Assembly (NCBI GenBank): GCA_002269645.1
Contig: NIVC01002006.1
Coordinates: forward strand, 149,759-213,758
Origin: Macrostomum lignano
Taxonomy: Eukaryota
Direction: 5' to 3'
Length of the DNA stretch: 64,000 bases
A model generated the notes under the pieces. The model saw nothing but the letters and a program-made list of their open reading frames with translations, was not told the origin of the DNA and ran no database searches. Both the position numbers and the translations under genes were made by a program. This document shows, in pieces, positions 40,586 to 58,625 of this stretch. Numbering within the stretch: the first letter of the stretch is position 1; every line of letters begins with the position of its first letter.

Positions 40586-41186
40586 ACGATTTCTTGGGAA
40601 TAAATAAAGGACGAAGTATTGGAACTCAAAAGAACAGAAATTTGCAGAAATCAATAGAATTCAGTTCCTAGAAATGGAGTTCTTGAAAATCCAACAAAGT
40701 GGATCAGTTTCTGGTCAGTTCAGAGGTCGCAAATAAAAAGCAAAAAAACTAGAATATCTTTAGGATAATTTAGAGTTCACTAGTTTATTTCAGTCGAATA
40801 TTCGATCATCAATGCACTATGTATACTACAGATTCGTGCGAATTAGCAGCAAAAAAGCATCTTGCGCTACTAAGAGTAGGACTACGAGTAACATGCTACG
40901 AAGCGATCATAAATATTGTGCAAATTAATGCACAGCAAAATGCAGACAGGTGAGAAAATGCAATATTTTTGACTGACACGACAGCACACCAAGAGCGTAA
41001 GAGCAAATTAAGAGACTGCACGCGGTGCAGAGAGTAAAAGTCATGGTTACAGGGATTTGAAAATGCCACAAACGGCCTAGAGCCGCAACTGCATGTATGT
41101 ACACTCGAATGAGGCTTATATGCCAGTCGCGATCGGCACCGACGAAGTAAAACAAAGCCAGCAACTTGAAGCTCATTTCTGGCGGA

Positions 41187-42728
41187 TCAAAAGCCCGACC
41201 GACTTCCGCCAGCGCCAGTCAGCGACAGACGACGCTCAGCGGTGACGAACTGCTGCGGGCTGCCGCCGCCGCCGCCACTGAAGTGCAGCTGGTGCTTGGT
41301 GGACGTCACCAAACTGCTGCTGCTGGACTGCTTCTCCGAGCTGGAGCCCTGCTGATGTTGGAGCAGCTGGTGCTGCTGCTGCAGCCGAGCGGCCAGGGCC
41401 TTGTAGGGACCCGCTGAGGAAGCCAGGGACCTCGGCGTGGACTCGCGCCTGGCGCCAGAGTTTGACAGCTGCTGCTGGTGCTGCTGTTGCTGCTGATGCA
41501 GGTGTTGCGAAGGCCGCAGCAGGCCAGTCGCAGACGGCGGAGTTTGCGCCTCTGCGGGCGGCGCCGGCCGCAGTTCGACCTGCTGGTGCGCGTGGAAGCA
41601 GTGGTCGCCGCGCTGGCAGTGGCCCCGGTTCTTGTAGTCGAAGCAGAAGGCGGTCTTGTACAGCGGATGCTGGCTGGGGCTCAGCAGCTCGGAGTCGGAG
41701 TGCGCGAACTGGCAGGTGGCGCCGCGGGGACAGGCGCCACGCTGAGCCACGTCCCGGCACATCTCAGTCTTGTACAGGATGTTCCTTAGGTAGCCAGTCT
41801 TCCAGCGCTTCTGTTGGGAGGGCAGCTGCTGCGGTTGCTGCTGCTGCTGTTGCTGCTGTGGGGTTGGCAAAGGCTGCTGCTGCTGGAAAGAGTTTCTTCT
41901 AGCCCAGGGTTGCTGCTGCATGGGCAACTTTTGCTGCTGCTGCTGCTGGAAGTAGAGGTGCTGTTGCTGGTTGATGTCAGCAACGGAAGCCAGGTCACTG
42001 GTGGACACAGTTCGGTAAGCGCTATCGCAACTGCTGCTGCGACTCTGCTCTCGGAGCTGCTGCTGAGGCAGCTGAAGCTGCACAACTGGCTGCTCAGGCT
42101 GCTGCTGCTGCTGCTGCTGAGAAGAGGCCTGATGCAGAGGAGCGCTGCAGCAGGGGCAGCTTCCGGCAGAGGTTGACGATGGTGCAGACGTCGACGTTGA
42201 GAGCATAACCATCGGCTGCTGCTGCATCAGAGGCGGAGGCTGCATGGGCTGGGACAGATTAGCAGGCCCAGAAGGCAGCGGCTGCGGCGGTGGCATCGAG
42301 GGATGAGTAAACTGCATAGTCGAAGTCGGCTGAGGCTGGTAGAATCCCGGAAACGGAGCCGCAGCCATGCCCTGGCTGGCGTAGACCGCCATTGGGTCCG
42401 GGCCGGGAGCGCACATTGCAGCTGCCGGAGGCGGGTAGTAGTACAGGCACTGTGGGTGCATCTGCAGCTCTTGCTGCTGATAGTACTGATGCTGCTGCTG
42501 CTGCGGCGGTGGAAGTGGCGCCTGATAGTTGCAGATAGCTCCAGACTCTGACGCTACAGTTGCGTAGGCGTAGGGCGTAATCGCCTGCTGGTAGTAGCAC
42601 GAGTAATCCGCGGCCTGCACCATGACCATCTGCTCGGAGCTCGGCGGAGCTGCTGATGTGGACGTACACACAGATACGGTGGCCATTGCAGTAGTGGTTT
42701 CAGCTGCGCCAGAGCTATAGTCCGACAT
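41187..42728 (-). CDS. Intronless TIS11/ZFP36-family tandem CCCH zinc-finger RNA-binding protein, Q-rich
   Basis: YKTEM-CX8CX5CX3H, an 18-residue linker, then a second CX8CX5CX3H preceded by YKTAF; 513 aa. A minus-strand AATAAA lies at about 40784. Confidence 0.92.
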   Translation of the reverse strand: MSDYSSGAAETTTAMATVSVCTSTSAAPPSSEQMVMVQAADYSCYYQQAITPYAYATVASESGAICNYQAPLPPPQQQQHQYYQQQELQMHPQCLYYYPPPAAAMCAPGPDPMAVYASQGMAAAPFPGFYQPQPTSTMQFTHPSMPPPQPLPSGPANLSQPMQPPPLMQQQPMVMLSTSTSAPSSTSAGSCPCCSAPLHQASSQQQQQQQPEQPVVQLQLPQQQLREQSRSSSCDSAYRTVSTSDLASVADINQQQHLYFQQQQQQKLPMQQQPWARRNSFQQQQPLPTPQQQQQQQQPQQLPSQQKRWKTGYLRNILYKTEMCRDVAQRGACPRGATCQFAHSDSELLSPSQHPLYKTAFCFDYKNRGHCQRGDHCFHAHQQVELRPAPPAEAQTPPSATGLLRPSQHLHQQQQQHQQQLSNSGARRESTPRSLASSAGPYKALAARLQQQHQLLQHQQGSSSEKQSSSSSLVTSTKHQLHFSGGGGGSPQQFVTAERRLSLTGAGGSRSGF

Positions 42729-42830
42729 GGTGACTCAATTCACTTTCTCACTTTGTTCAAATGTGTAGCAAGAGGTTAATCAAAATGCAGTGCCCCTTTT
42801 TCTTCGCGCATTTAAGGTCCGCGCTGGCAG

Positions 42831-42963
42831 ATTTATAGTAAAGTAAAAAAATAAAGTAAAAAGTGAGGGTTGCGAAACAAAGCGGATTACGGCCCCTCTG
42901 GCTCTCGGCCAATACGATAGGCTGCTGCTGCAGATAAGCTATTCTGGCGGGGTTTCAGCCAAT
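42831..42963 (-). promoter_or_regulatory. Candidate core promoter of the CCCH gene (TATA box plus two CCAAT boxes)
   Basis: TATAAAT on the minus strand at 42831-42837, about 100 nt from the ATG; CCAAT on the + strand at 42909 and 42959. Confidence 0.6.
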
Positions 42964-43279
42964 CAGCGGTCAGGAAGGGGATAGGGGTGAAGCCGTCAAC
43001 GCATAGTGGCGTGGGGGGGGGTAATAAACGATAAGGCTAAATCAGTCCACGCGAAGCAATGTACAGTGTTTCTAGTCACTTCTCTAGCCCTCCAAAATGT
43101 ACATTCTCTGCAGGCGTGTCACAGCTGAATCAGCTGAATAAATAAATCAACCCCTCCCAATAAGGCGGCGTGACTTTAAGGCTCATTCACACTGCAATCA
43201 AATGAAAGACCAAATCACACGACTCGTTTGACCGCACAGAATTTCTAACTTTTTCTGTGATCACTTGAAATCTCAGCTA

Positions 43280-46075
43280 ACTTAGAATATACTAGCCAAT
43301 CCCAACCCCCGTTGGGGCTTTCCGTCCAAACTCCAACCACAGTTTTCCCCATCCACAAAATCCCCGATGCAAAGAATCTCACATGCAAAGAATCCCCCAT
43401 CCAAAGAACCCCTATCGATAGAATCACCGATCCGAAGAATTCCCCATTCAATGAATCCCCTACTCAAGAAATTCCCGATCTACAGAAGCCCCCTATCTAA
43501 AGAATCCCCATCCAAAGAATCTCTCATCCACAGAATCCCCATCCAAAGAATCCCTCATCCACAGAATCCAAATACCCTGGTATAAAGAATCCTCCATCCA
43601 TCCCTATCCAAAGAATTTCCTCATTCATTCCTATCCAAAGAATTTCCTCATTCATTCCTACCTAAAGAATCCCCCATCCATCCATATCCAAAGAATCCCC
43701 CCCAATTAATCCCCGTCCAAATAATTCACATCATAATCCCCATCTAAATAAACCATAGATCTCCCATCTAAATAATCCGCCATCAAAGAAATAATTGGCC
43801 AAAGAATTCCCTCATCTAAAGAACCCCGTCCGAATAATCCCCATCCAACGAATCCAAAGAATCTCCCATCCAAATAATCCCCCTATTAATAGAATTCTTG
43901 GCCAAAGAATCCCCTCATCTAAAGAACCCCCGTCCAAATAACCCCCCCCCATCTAGCGAATCCTTCATCTAAAGAATCAACTATTCGAAAAACCCTCCAT
44001 CGAAACAATACCCCATCAAAGTAATTCCCTAATGAATCACCTATCCAAAGATATCCATTAGAAGCATCCCTCATCCAAAGAATCATCAATCCGTAGAATT
44101 CCCCAAAAACTTAACATCTCAGCAATTCCCCGAGCCTCGACACCTCATAAAATTCCCCCAAGCCTTGACATCTTACCAATTTCCCCCCGTCCAAAGCCTT
44201 GACATCTTACCAGTTTCTCCCCGTCCGAAGCCTTGACATCTCAGCAGTTCCCCGTTAAGCCTTGAAATCTCAGCAATTCTCCCCCACAAGTCTTGCATCT
44301 CAGCAAGTCCCTCTTAAGCCTTCACATCTCATTAATTCCAATAGGTAAGATTTTATACATGTATTTCAATAATTCCCCCTATAAATCTTGACATCTTAGA
44401 ATTCTCTTTCGAGCAAGCATCCCCTGATAGAAAGTACCCCCACCAAGATTAGTGAAACAATTTCCTCAGCTAGCCAATTCCAACCCCCGTTGGGGCTATT
44501 CGTCCAAACTCCAACCAGTTTTTCCACGCAATAAAATTTCACCCAACTGAATCTCAAATTTAAAGAATCCCCCATCGAAAGAATCCACCACCCATAGAAT
44601 CCACGATACAAAGAATCTCACATGCAGAGAATCCCCATCCAAAGAAACCCCCATCGATAGAATCCCCGATCCGAAGAATTCCCCTTCCAATGAATCCCCC
44701 ATCGACAGAATCCCCTATCCAAAGAAGCCCCATCCATCCCTATCCAAAGAATCCCCCATCCACAGAATCCCGATCAAAATAATGCAAATATTCTATCATC
44801 CAAATAAACCTCCACAAAAGAATCATTGAATCTGAAGAATCTGAATCTTGAGTCCCCTCATCTAAAGAACCCCGTCCAAATAATCCAAAGAATCATACTC
44901 CAAAATAGTCTCCATCTAAAGAATCCAAAGAATCTCCCATCTAAATAATCCCCCATCAATAAAATCCTAGGCCAAAGAATCCTTCATCTAAAGAATCCCC
45001 ATTCAAAGAACCCTCCATCGAAAGAATCCCCCATCGATGGAATTTCCCAATGAATCAGCTATCTAAAGATATCTATTAGAAGCAGCCCTCATGGAAGGAA
45101 CCCCCAATCCAAAGAATTCCCCCCCCCAAGACTTGACATCTCAACAATTCCCCCAAGCCTTGATACCTCAGTTCATTCTCTCTTAAGCTTTGACATCTCA
45201 GCAATTCGCTCTCAAGACTTGAAATTTCAGGAATTCCCCTGCCAAGACTTGACATCTCAGCAGTCCTCCAAGTAAGCCTTTATATCTCAGTGATTCCCCC
45301 AGTAAGCCTTGACATCTCAGCAGTCCTCCAAGTAAGCCTTTATATCTCAGTGATTCCCCCAGTAAGCCTTGACATCTCAGCAGTCCTCCAAGTAAGCCTT
45401 TATATCTCAGTGATTCCCCCAGTAAGCCTTGACATCTCAGCAGTCCTCCAAGTAAGCCTTTATATCTCAGTGATTCCCCCAGTAAGTCTTAACATCTCAG
45501 TGATTCCCCATGCCTTGACATTTTAGAAATTCCCCCCACGCCAGCAGTTCCCCCATTAAGCCTTTATATCTCAGAAATTCCCCCCACGCCAGCAGTTCCC
45601 CCATTAAGCCTTTATATCTCAGAAATTCCCCCCAAGCCTTAACATCTCAGCGATACCCCCACCAAGCCTTGGCGTCTCAGAAAGTCCCTCTTCAGCCTTG
45701 AGAGCGAATTGCTGAGATGTCAAAGCTTAAGAGAGAATGAACTGAGGTGTCAAGGCTCAGTGATTTCCTCAGTAGGTCTTCACAACTTAGCAATTTCTCC
45801 CCGTCCAAGAGCCTGACATCTCAGAAATTCCCCCACGCCTTGAAACCTCAGCAATTTCCTTTTGGCATCTCAGCAAGTCCCTTTAAGGCTTGACATCTCA
45901 GTAATTCCCCAGTAAGCCTGCATATCTGAATAATTCCCCAGTATGTCTTGACATCTTAGCAATCTCACCCGATCAAGCATGCCCTAAGAGCAAGCGTCCT
46001 TTCGATAGCAAGCATCCCCTGATAGAAAGTAACCCAAGCAAGACAGTGAAACAATTAACTCAGCTAGTACAATAA
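43280..46075. repeat. Complex satellite region: AAGAATCCCC and GACATCTCAGCA arrays in a kb-scale tandem duplication, including a 4x60-bp higher-order repeat at 45270-45510
   Basis: 43295-43470 is duplicated at 44470-44700; 44410-44472 is duplicated at 46008-46065. Confidence 0.85.
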
Positions 46076-46229
46076 TTAGTTTCTTATCTAGTGCAATAAT
46101 CCTTTTCAAAATTCAAAGTTTAATAAAAAAATTTGAATATACTACATGAACGCTCGTAGCTTCTTCTTTTTTACCTGATTTACCGGACGTTTTTTAAAGT
46201 TAAAATTTTTAATAAAAAAACTTATACTC

Positions 46230-46290
46230 TCTAAAAATTCGAACCCACGTCGCTGCAATAGCAGTTCAGTCTGTTCACCTCTAGGCTAAC
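46230..46290 (-). mobile_element. tRNA-derived SINE head / tRNA-like relic
   Basis: The minus strand reads TAGCCTAGAGGT (A-box-like) ... GGGTTCGAATT (B-box-like). Confidence 0.4.
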
Positions 46291-46779
46291 TCATCGTTTT
46301 GATAACATGAATTGTAGCATATATAATTCAACACCGAAAACTCCAAGCATAGAAATCACTCGAAGCAAGTTATGACATAATCAATTTCTCAGGCAGGCAA
46401 TATCAGTTTCAATTATTAAAGTCAACTATTAAAGTGAACAATATGGTTACGCAATCTAAATTGAAATCTAATGGCGCTGGCTTGAATTGCGGAGTTGCGA
46501 TAAAGTAGGGGTTTGCGATATGGAAGAGCGTAATATGAGTATGTAAAGCATCCAGAATTTTTATTATACCCCCCTTAATTGGTTACGCAAGTTAAATAGA
46601 GTAATTATCTGGGCAGTGGGGCAAAGTGAATTTTCTTATCAGTTGGCTCTGGCGCAATCATTAAAATTGGCTGTGAAGTTTCTCGCTGCGCGCAGGCTGA
46701 TAAAAAAATACACTAAAAAGGCCATTTAAAACAGTTTTTCGAATATTTAATCCCCTTAGCATTGAGCTAGAGCTTAATA

Positions 46780-46960
46780 AAATTACATGTACCGTCCCGG
46801 GCACATTTGACATCTTTTGGCGAAGAAACGGAGAAAATCGGTTGAGCCTTTTGGGAGATAACCTGTTACATACCCACAGACAGACAGGGCCGGTGGAGGG
46901 GGGGTTGCTACTTTAGATATATTATTAATTATAATTATATTAAGATATATTAAGATTTTC
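46780..46960 (+). mobile_element. DINE-1/HINE (Helentron-associated)-like 3' end
   Basis: AAAATCGGTTGAGCC...GGAGATA...CACAGACAGACAG followed by an AT-rich TATAT tail. Confidence 0.4.
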
Positions 46961-46996
46961 AAATTCAGCGACAAAAGTTAATAACGCGAGGGCCTG

Positions 46997-48251
46997 GGGC
47001 CCGTGCTATAGAATACTCTTAACTCCTAAATCCTTAAGAGTGTCCTAACTCCTAGCTCCTAGCTGGCTTTTCTGGGGCCCGTGCTATAGAATACTCTTAA
47101 CTCCTAAATCCTTAAGAGTGTCCTAACTCCTAGCTCCTAGCTGGCTTTTCTGGGGCCCGTGCTATAGAATACTCTTAACTCCTAAATCCTTAAGAGTGTC
47201 CTAACTCCTAGCTCCTAGGTGGCTTTTCTGTGCTATAGAATCAAGAGTAAATTTTAAGAGCTAGGAGGCCCCTTAAGGACGTTAGGAGACTCCTGGGTGA
47301 ATTTAGGAGAACTCATTAAGGTCCGTGGCATGCTATAGAATTAGGAGAGGAAGTCTAAAAGCTAGGAGCTAGGAGTTGGCTTTTAGGAGTGATTCTAGGA
47401 GCGCGTGTCCTATAGAATGAGAAAATTTCGCTCCTAACTCTTGACTCCTAAGCAAGAGTTCAAGGGCCAATTTTCACTCTTAGACAAGCTACTAGGATTA
47501 TATTTATAATGTTTTCGGACAGCGAATCGGATTCTGATGAGGAAGGAGTCAATGATAGACGCCGTCGACAATTTAAGGCAAGAATTAATTTTTTTGAAGA
47601 AGATCCAGCCGAGAGTGCTATTGAAAACTTGAAAACGAGCAGCCAGAACTCTACCCAGAGGTGATCCCGGACATCTTAGAGCCCAACAACGAAGGCGAAA
47701 TCGTTGTCAACAACAATGGCCGCCGTGATCAACTAGTTAATACGTTTTGAACACACTCGAGCTCTTAATTGCACTTGACACAATTCTTTGATAATTAGAC
47801 TGGTGTATTATTTTCTTTTATTGATATTTACAAGTACACATGTACATTTAGACTTTTTACTTTTACTTTTGATACTCTTCTGCATTGCTTGGTCAACGCA
47901 TATAATAAAACGAGTAAATACGCTGGTATAATTTATACCTCTTTGCGTGCAGCGACGGCTCTCACAAATGATATTTTTTGAGCAATTTGCATTTTCACTC
48001 CTGAGATTCAATCCTTAAGGAGCGTAAAGTTAGGATTGTGACATAGCACACAATTCTCTATCATCCTTAAACGATTGCGCAACACTCCTTGAACACACCC
48101 CCACTCTTAGGCTGCACTCCTTGCAAGAACTCCTAGCTCCTAACTCTTAACTCCTGAAATCTATAGCACACAAAATTCAATCACTCCTTATCAAGAGTAC
48201 TCTTGAGTCCTAGCTCCTAACTCCTAACTCCTGATTCTATAGCACGGGCCC
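46997..48251. mobile_element. Internally deleted Harbinger copy A (transposase N-terminus on +, Myb N-terminus on -), with the terminal 78 bp triplicated
   Basis: TIR GGGCCCGTGCTATAGA at both ends. MFSDSESDSDEEGVNDRRRRQFKARINFF at about 47510; MQIAQKISFVRAVAAR on the minus strand at about 47945-47995. TIR copies start at 46997, 47075 and 47153. Confidence 0.85.
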
Positions 48252-48254
48252 CAG

Positions 48255-49090
48255 GGGCCCATGCTATAGATTTAAGAGCAAAGAGTTAGGAGCTATGAGT
48301 TGTTTTAAGGAGTGCAGCATAGGAGTGAGGAGGAGTTCTAAGGAGTGTAAGGCGATTGGCTAAGGAGTCTGCGAATCTACATGCTATATTAAACTCCTAA
48401 ATGTACGCACCTTAAGGAGTAATTATAGGAGCAATTCGTGAATTCAAACAATGCAAGCAAACCAAAAAGTTGCGTTTCTTAAAGCGATTGCGGCTCGAAA
48501 GGACGTACTTTTCGGTGCCTTTTTGCCAACAATAACAAAAGCACTCAAGACTGAAATGTGGGGAGAGGTCATCCTTGAATGTCGCCAAGAGTTGATTCTC
48601 ATTGAGCCGAAATCGTGACACAGTATTATATTTTTCAAAAAAGTTATTCCTCTGCTTAAATTGTCTGGGTCGTCGATCATTAGCTCCCTCATCGTCCGAG
48701 CCTAGCTCACTGTCCGAAAACATGAAAAAAGAAACGAATCACACGATCCTACTATAACCTAAGAGTGAAATTTGGCCCTTGAAGTCTTAACTAGGAGTTA
48801 GGAGCTAGAAATGAGTTTCGCTCCTTCTATAGGACACGCACTCCTAAAACTCACTCCTAAACGGCAATTCCTAGCTCCTAGCTCCTACGCTCCGCTCCTT
48901 ATTCTATAGCACGCGACAAACCCTAATGAGGTCTCCTAAATTCACCAAGGAGTATCCTAACGTCCTTAAGGGGCCTCCTAGCTCTTAAAATTTACTCTTG
49001 ATTCTATAGCACAGAAAAGCCAGCTAGGAGCTAGGAGTTAGGACACTCTTAAAGGATTTAGGAGTTAAGAGTATTCTATAGCACGGGCCC
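48255..49090. mobile_element. Internally deleted Harbinger copy B, CAG TSD
   Basis: CAG at 48252-48254 and 49091-49093. Myb N-terminus MQANQKVAFLKAIAARKDVLFGAF at 48451 (+); transposase N-terminus MFSDSELGSDDEGANDRRPRQFKQRNNFFE...SRFRL at 48723 (-). Confidence 0.88.
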
Positions 49091-49245
49091 CAGTTGATCA
49101 ACTAAAACGCTGTACATTGGTCGCTTGCCTCTTACACAGCACCCCAAGTTGCGCAGCACACAAAATTCAACTCAAGCCACTCTATTTCAACAACTCTCCG
49201 TCTAGTCTGACTGTCGTTTTAAAATTGATTGGTCATCTCATGAGC

Positions 49246-49454
49246 CAGGGGTCGGCAACCTCCAGCCCACAGGCCACAAATGCGGCCCGCAAAGCCTCTT
49301 TATCCGGCCCTCGCGGTCCTTTGAAACTGCACAATAGCAATCCGGCCCGGCCCGCTCATTGTTTGTCTCTTTGCCCTTGGGGTAAAAAAGTTTGCCGACC
49401 CCTGCTCTAGGTTCTTTATCTGGCCCTTGGGGTAAAAAAGTTTGCCGACCCCTG
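49246..49454. mobile_element. hAT-type MITE with duplicated right end
   Basis: CAGGGGTCGGCAA at the left; TTTGCCGACCCCTG ends at both 49404 and 49454 (50-bp duplication). The right flank is CTCTAGGT; the left flank does not match it. Confidence 0.7.
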
Positions 49455-49530
49455 CTCTAGGTTCTTTATCTGGCCCTGACATAAGCGAAGTGAGCAAGCG
49501 TGAAAAAACAGCGCCTGTTGGTTGCCGCAG

Positions 49531-49620
49531 GAACCCCTGGTAAACAAAGTGCAAGAAAATCCTGCTCTATACGACCTTCGGCACCCGGACAATCGAAATA
49601 CCAGGAAAAAGGACGATCGG
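49531..49620 (+). pseudogene. MADF (Myb/SANT-like) domain fragment
   Basis: EPLVNKVQENPALYDLRHPDNRNTRKK fits the MADF start pattern LIxxVxxxPxLYDxxxxxYxNxxxK. Confidence 0.55.
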
Positions 49621-51549
49621 AAAAGTTTAGGTGCTAGGCTTTTCGTTAGCTCGCGCCAGTTATATCAATAAGAGCTCTGGCCTTTGTACTCTGATACAGA
49701 CTGTACACCGGTATTGAATTCAAAGCACAAAGTAGTTTTCTCAAACCTGCTGAAAATATGTACCATTTTGGGCTCAGCTGGAGATGTGTGCGCACAGTAT
49801 CGCTCGCGCAACAAACTGGTAAACTTGCGTCACCCTCCTCTAAACCCTAGCCCAGTCATTCTCCTCAGTATATGTCAGTTGATCACTCGTAAAAGTCAGT
49901 TGTTGATGGCGTGAAAAACTGAGGTGATTGACAAAGATTCGTTAATCATCAACTGAAATTTTGTGTGATCACTCGAACATCGGCCTCATTTGATGGCGTG
50001 AAAAACTGAGGTGATTGACAAAGGTTCGTTAATCATAAACTGAAATTTTGTGTGATCACTCGAACATCGGCCTCATTTGATGGCGGTGTGAATGGGCCTT
50101 TAGCTCATAATAAAAGATAGCTCAGCTATGGACTTCTATTTAGTTTAGAGACTAGAACACGAAGCCCGTGAAGTAAGAGTTGAAGAGAAAGAGACTCCTG
50201 GAGTGCAGCTTAGGACTGCCGTCTAGACTCTAGTATTTAGTATAGAACGTGATCTTGCACGATATATTGACGTAACCAGGGCTGCATGAAAACACCTGTT
50301 GAAAAACCTGTGAAAATTTCAGCAATCAGCAGCCAAGCCTCGCCCCACCTCTTTGTCCACCTCTGGGTGGTGTGGTAGCTGACGTTGTGGCCAAGATCTC
50401 ATTATCTAGCAGCGGGCCCGGGTTGTTTAAAGGTACACGCCAGTCGCCAAAGGAGTGGCCACCACCAGTCACCTGTGCAAGAGTACATCCGGTAAAAACT
50501 CACTAACAAGACTGTACTAGAAATGGCCGACTCTATGCCAGGCATACAGTGACAGTCTAGTCAGTCACTTTTGCACAGGGGGGATCTTTAGTTGGTGGGC
50601 GATTCTAGGCTACAATGTCTATTAGGATGATTCTGAGGATCTGGGAGCAATCAGTGTTTAGGGTTTAGGGGAAACTAGCTTGGTCCTAGAAGGAGATTAA
50701 CTTGTAGAACTTCAGAGGGGTACCCGAAGACCCGCGGTTAGAGACCGAACCCTGAGATCACGCGTCAAGCAACCCTGATGACGTCACCCGCCAGCCGCGC
50801 TGTGATTGGACGAGAAATTATTATAATTTATCTATGATTTATATGATAATGATTTATGATGGGGGATTACGTATCAGGCTATAGAAGATAGGGGTCATAA
50901 AACTTCCAAAAGCGTGAATGATTTCGAACAATAAATAAAAAGGTGGGGTTGGTGCGCAGGGTAGTGGGGTGGGTGATAAGCACAGGGATCATAGGGGAGG
51001 GTGCGCAAAAATTAGTGGAGGCCCAGGCCGTGTCTACATCAATATAAATTATTAATCTTTTAAAAAGTCTACAAATTTCTTTGTAAGTCAACAGTATACG
51101 GCCATTGCAGGACCACAAGTCAAACGTCAGTACAGCTACTCACTCGTGCAGTAGCGAGCTGCGACTTAAACACAACAAATTTATTTTTTACAACGAAATA
51201 TTCTCTAACATTTTCGTCAAGCCTTTGTCGTTAGTTTTAATTTAATTCAATTCAATTATTTATGTAAATATTTTTCAGCTGGATTAGCAAACATTGTGCC
51301 TTAACCCATTGAAATTACCACAATTACAACAGTTGTACCCAGGAAAAATTAACCACATATTGATAATTAGCGAATGCTCAACAAAATGAGGATTAATAGT
51401 TCACTATATTTTAAAATCTAGAAATTGGACACTTCAGGTGTAACTATCGGTACAGCTCTAGCGCCTCAACTCAGGACTTTAGGACTTAACACTTACAGAT
51501 AAAGTACATTAGTATTTCAGGATCTGAATATTATAACACTTCAGAGTGT

Positions 51550-52350
51550 GATAGATCACACTTTCACACCTCCTCATGATGTGAAGGATCATACTTTCAC
51601 ACCTCGGTATGTGAAGAATCACACTTTCACACCTCAGGATGCAAAGATTCACACTTTCACACCTCAGGACGCGAATGATCACACTTTCACACCTCAGGAT
51701 GCGAAGGTTCACACTTTCACACCTCAGGACGCGAATGATCACACTTTCACACCCCAGGATGCGAGGGTTCACACTTTCACACCTCAGGACGCGAATGATC
51801 ACACTTTCACACCTCAGGATGCAAAGATTCACACTTTCACACCTCAGGATGCAAAGTTTCACACTTTCACACCTCAGGATGCAAAGATTCACACTTTCAC
51901 ACCTCAGGATGCAAAGGTTCACACTTTCACACCTCAGGATGCGAAGGCTCACACTTTCACACCTCAGGATGCAAAGATTCACACTTTCACACCTCAGGAC
52001 GCGAATGATCACACTTTCACACCTCAGGATGCGAAGGTTCACACGTTCACACCTCAGGACGCGAATGATCACACTTTCACACCTCAGGATGCGAAGGTTC
52101 ACACTTTCACACCTCAGGACGCGAATGATCACACTTTCACACCTCAGGATGCGAAGGTTCACACTTTCACACCTCAGGATGCAAAGATTCACACTTTCAC
52201 ACCTCAGGATGCAAAGGTTCACACTTTCACACCTCAGGATGCAAAGATTCACACTTTCACACTTCAGGATGCAAAGATTCACACTTTCACACCTCAGGAT
52301 GCAAAGGTTCACACTTTCACACCTCAGGATGCGAAGGTTCACACTTTCAA
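51550..52350. repeat. 30-bp minisatellite 3' of PDAP1 (~27 units)
   Basis: Unit CACACTTTCACACCTCAGGA(T/C)GC(A/G)AA(G/T)(A/G)(T/A)T. Confidence 0.97.
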
Positions 52351-52448
52351 ACCTCGCGATTTTTTAAATAAACCAATACTTATTTATATACTAATAACAA
52401 TATTAAAAGACAAGCGAGCCCGAACACGCACAGCAAAATAATTCTGAT

Positions 52449-58625
<6,177 letters not shown>

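Larger units (their letters stand above)
43179..50099. mobile_element. 6.9-kb Harbinger-like shell with nested insertions
   Basis: 27-bp TIR AGGC(T/C)CATTCACAC(T/C)GC(A/C)ATCAAATGA with 3 mismatches; TTA at 43176-43178 and 50100-50102; MADF fragment near the right end. Confidence 0.65.

Noticed and set aside
50270-50800. GC-balanced unique segment that might be a retroelement 5' end or ncRNA
   Set aside because: No ORF, TIR, TSD, LTR or recognisable RNA motif could be supported by eye.
51509-52441. Three overlapping 240-300-aa ORFs, e.g. (HTFTPQDAK)n
   Set aside because: A 30-bp repeat open in several frames on both strands, with no unique coding context or splice partners.
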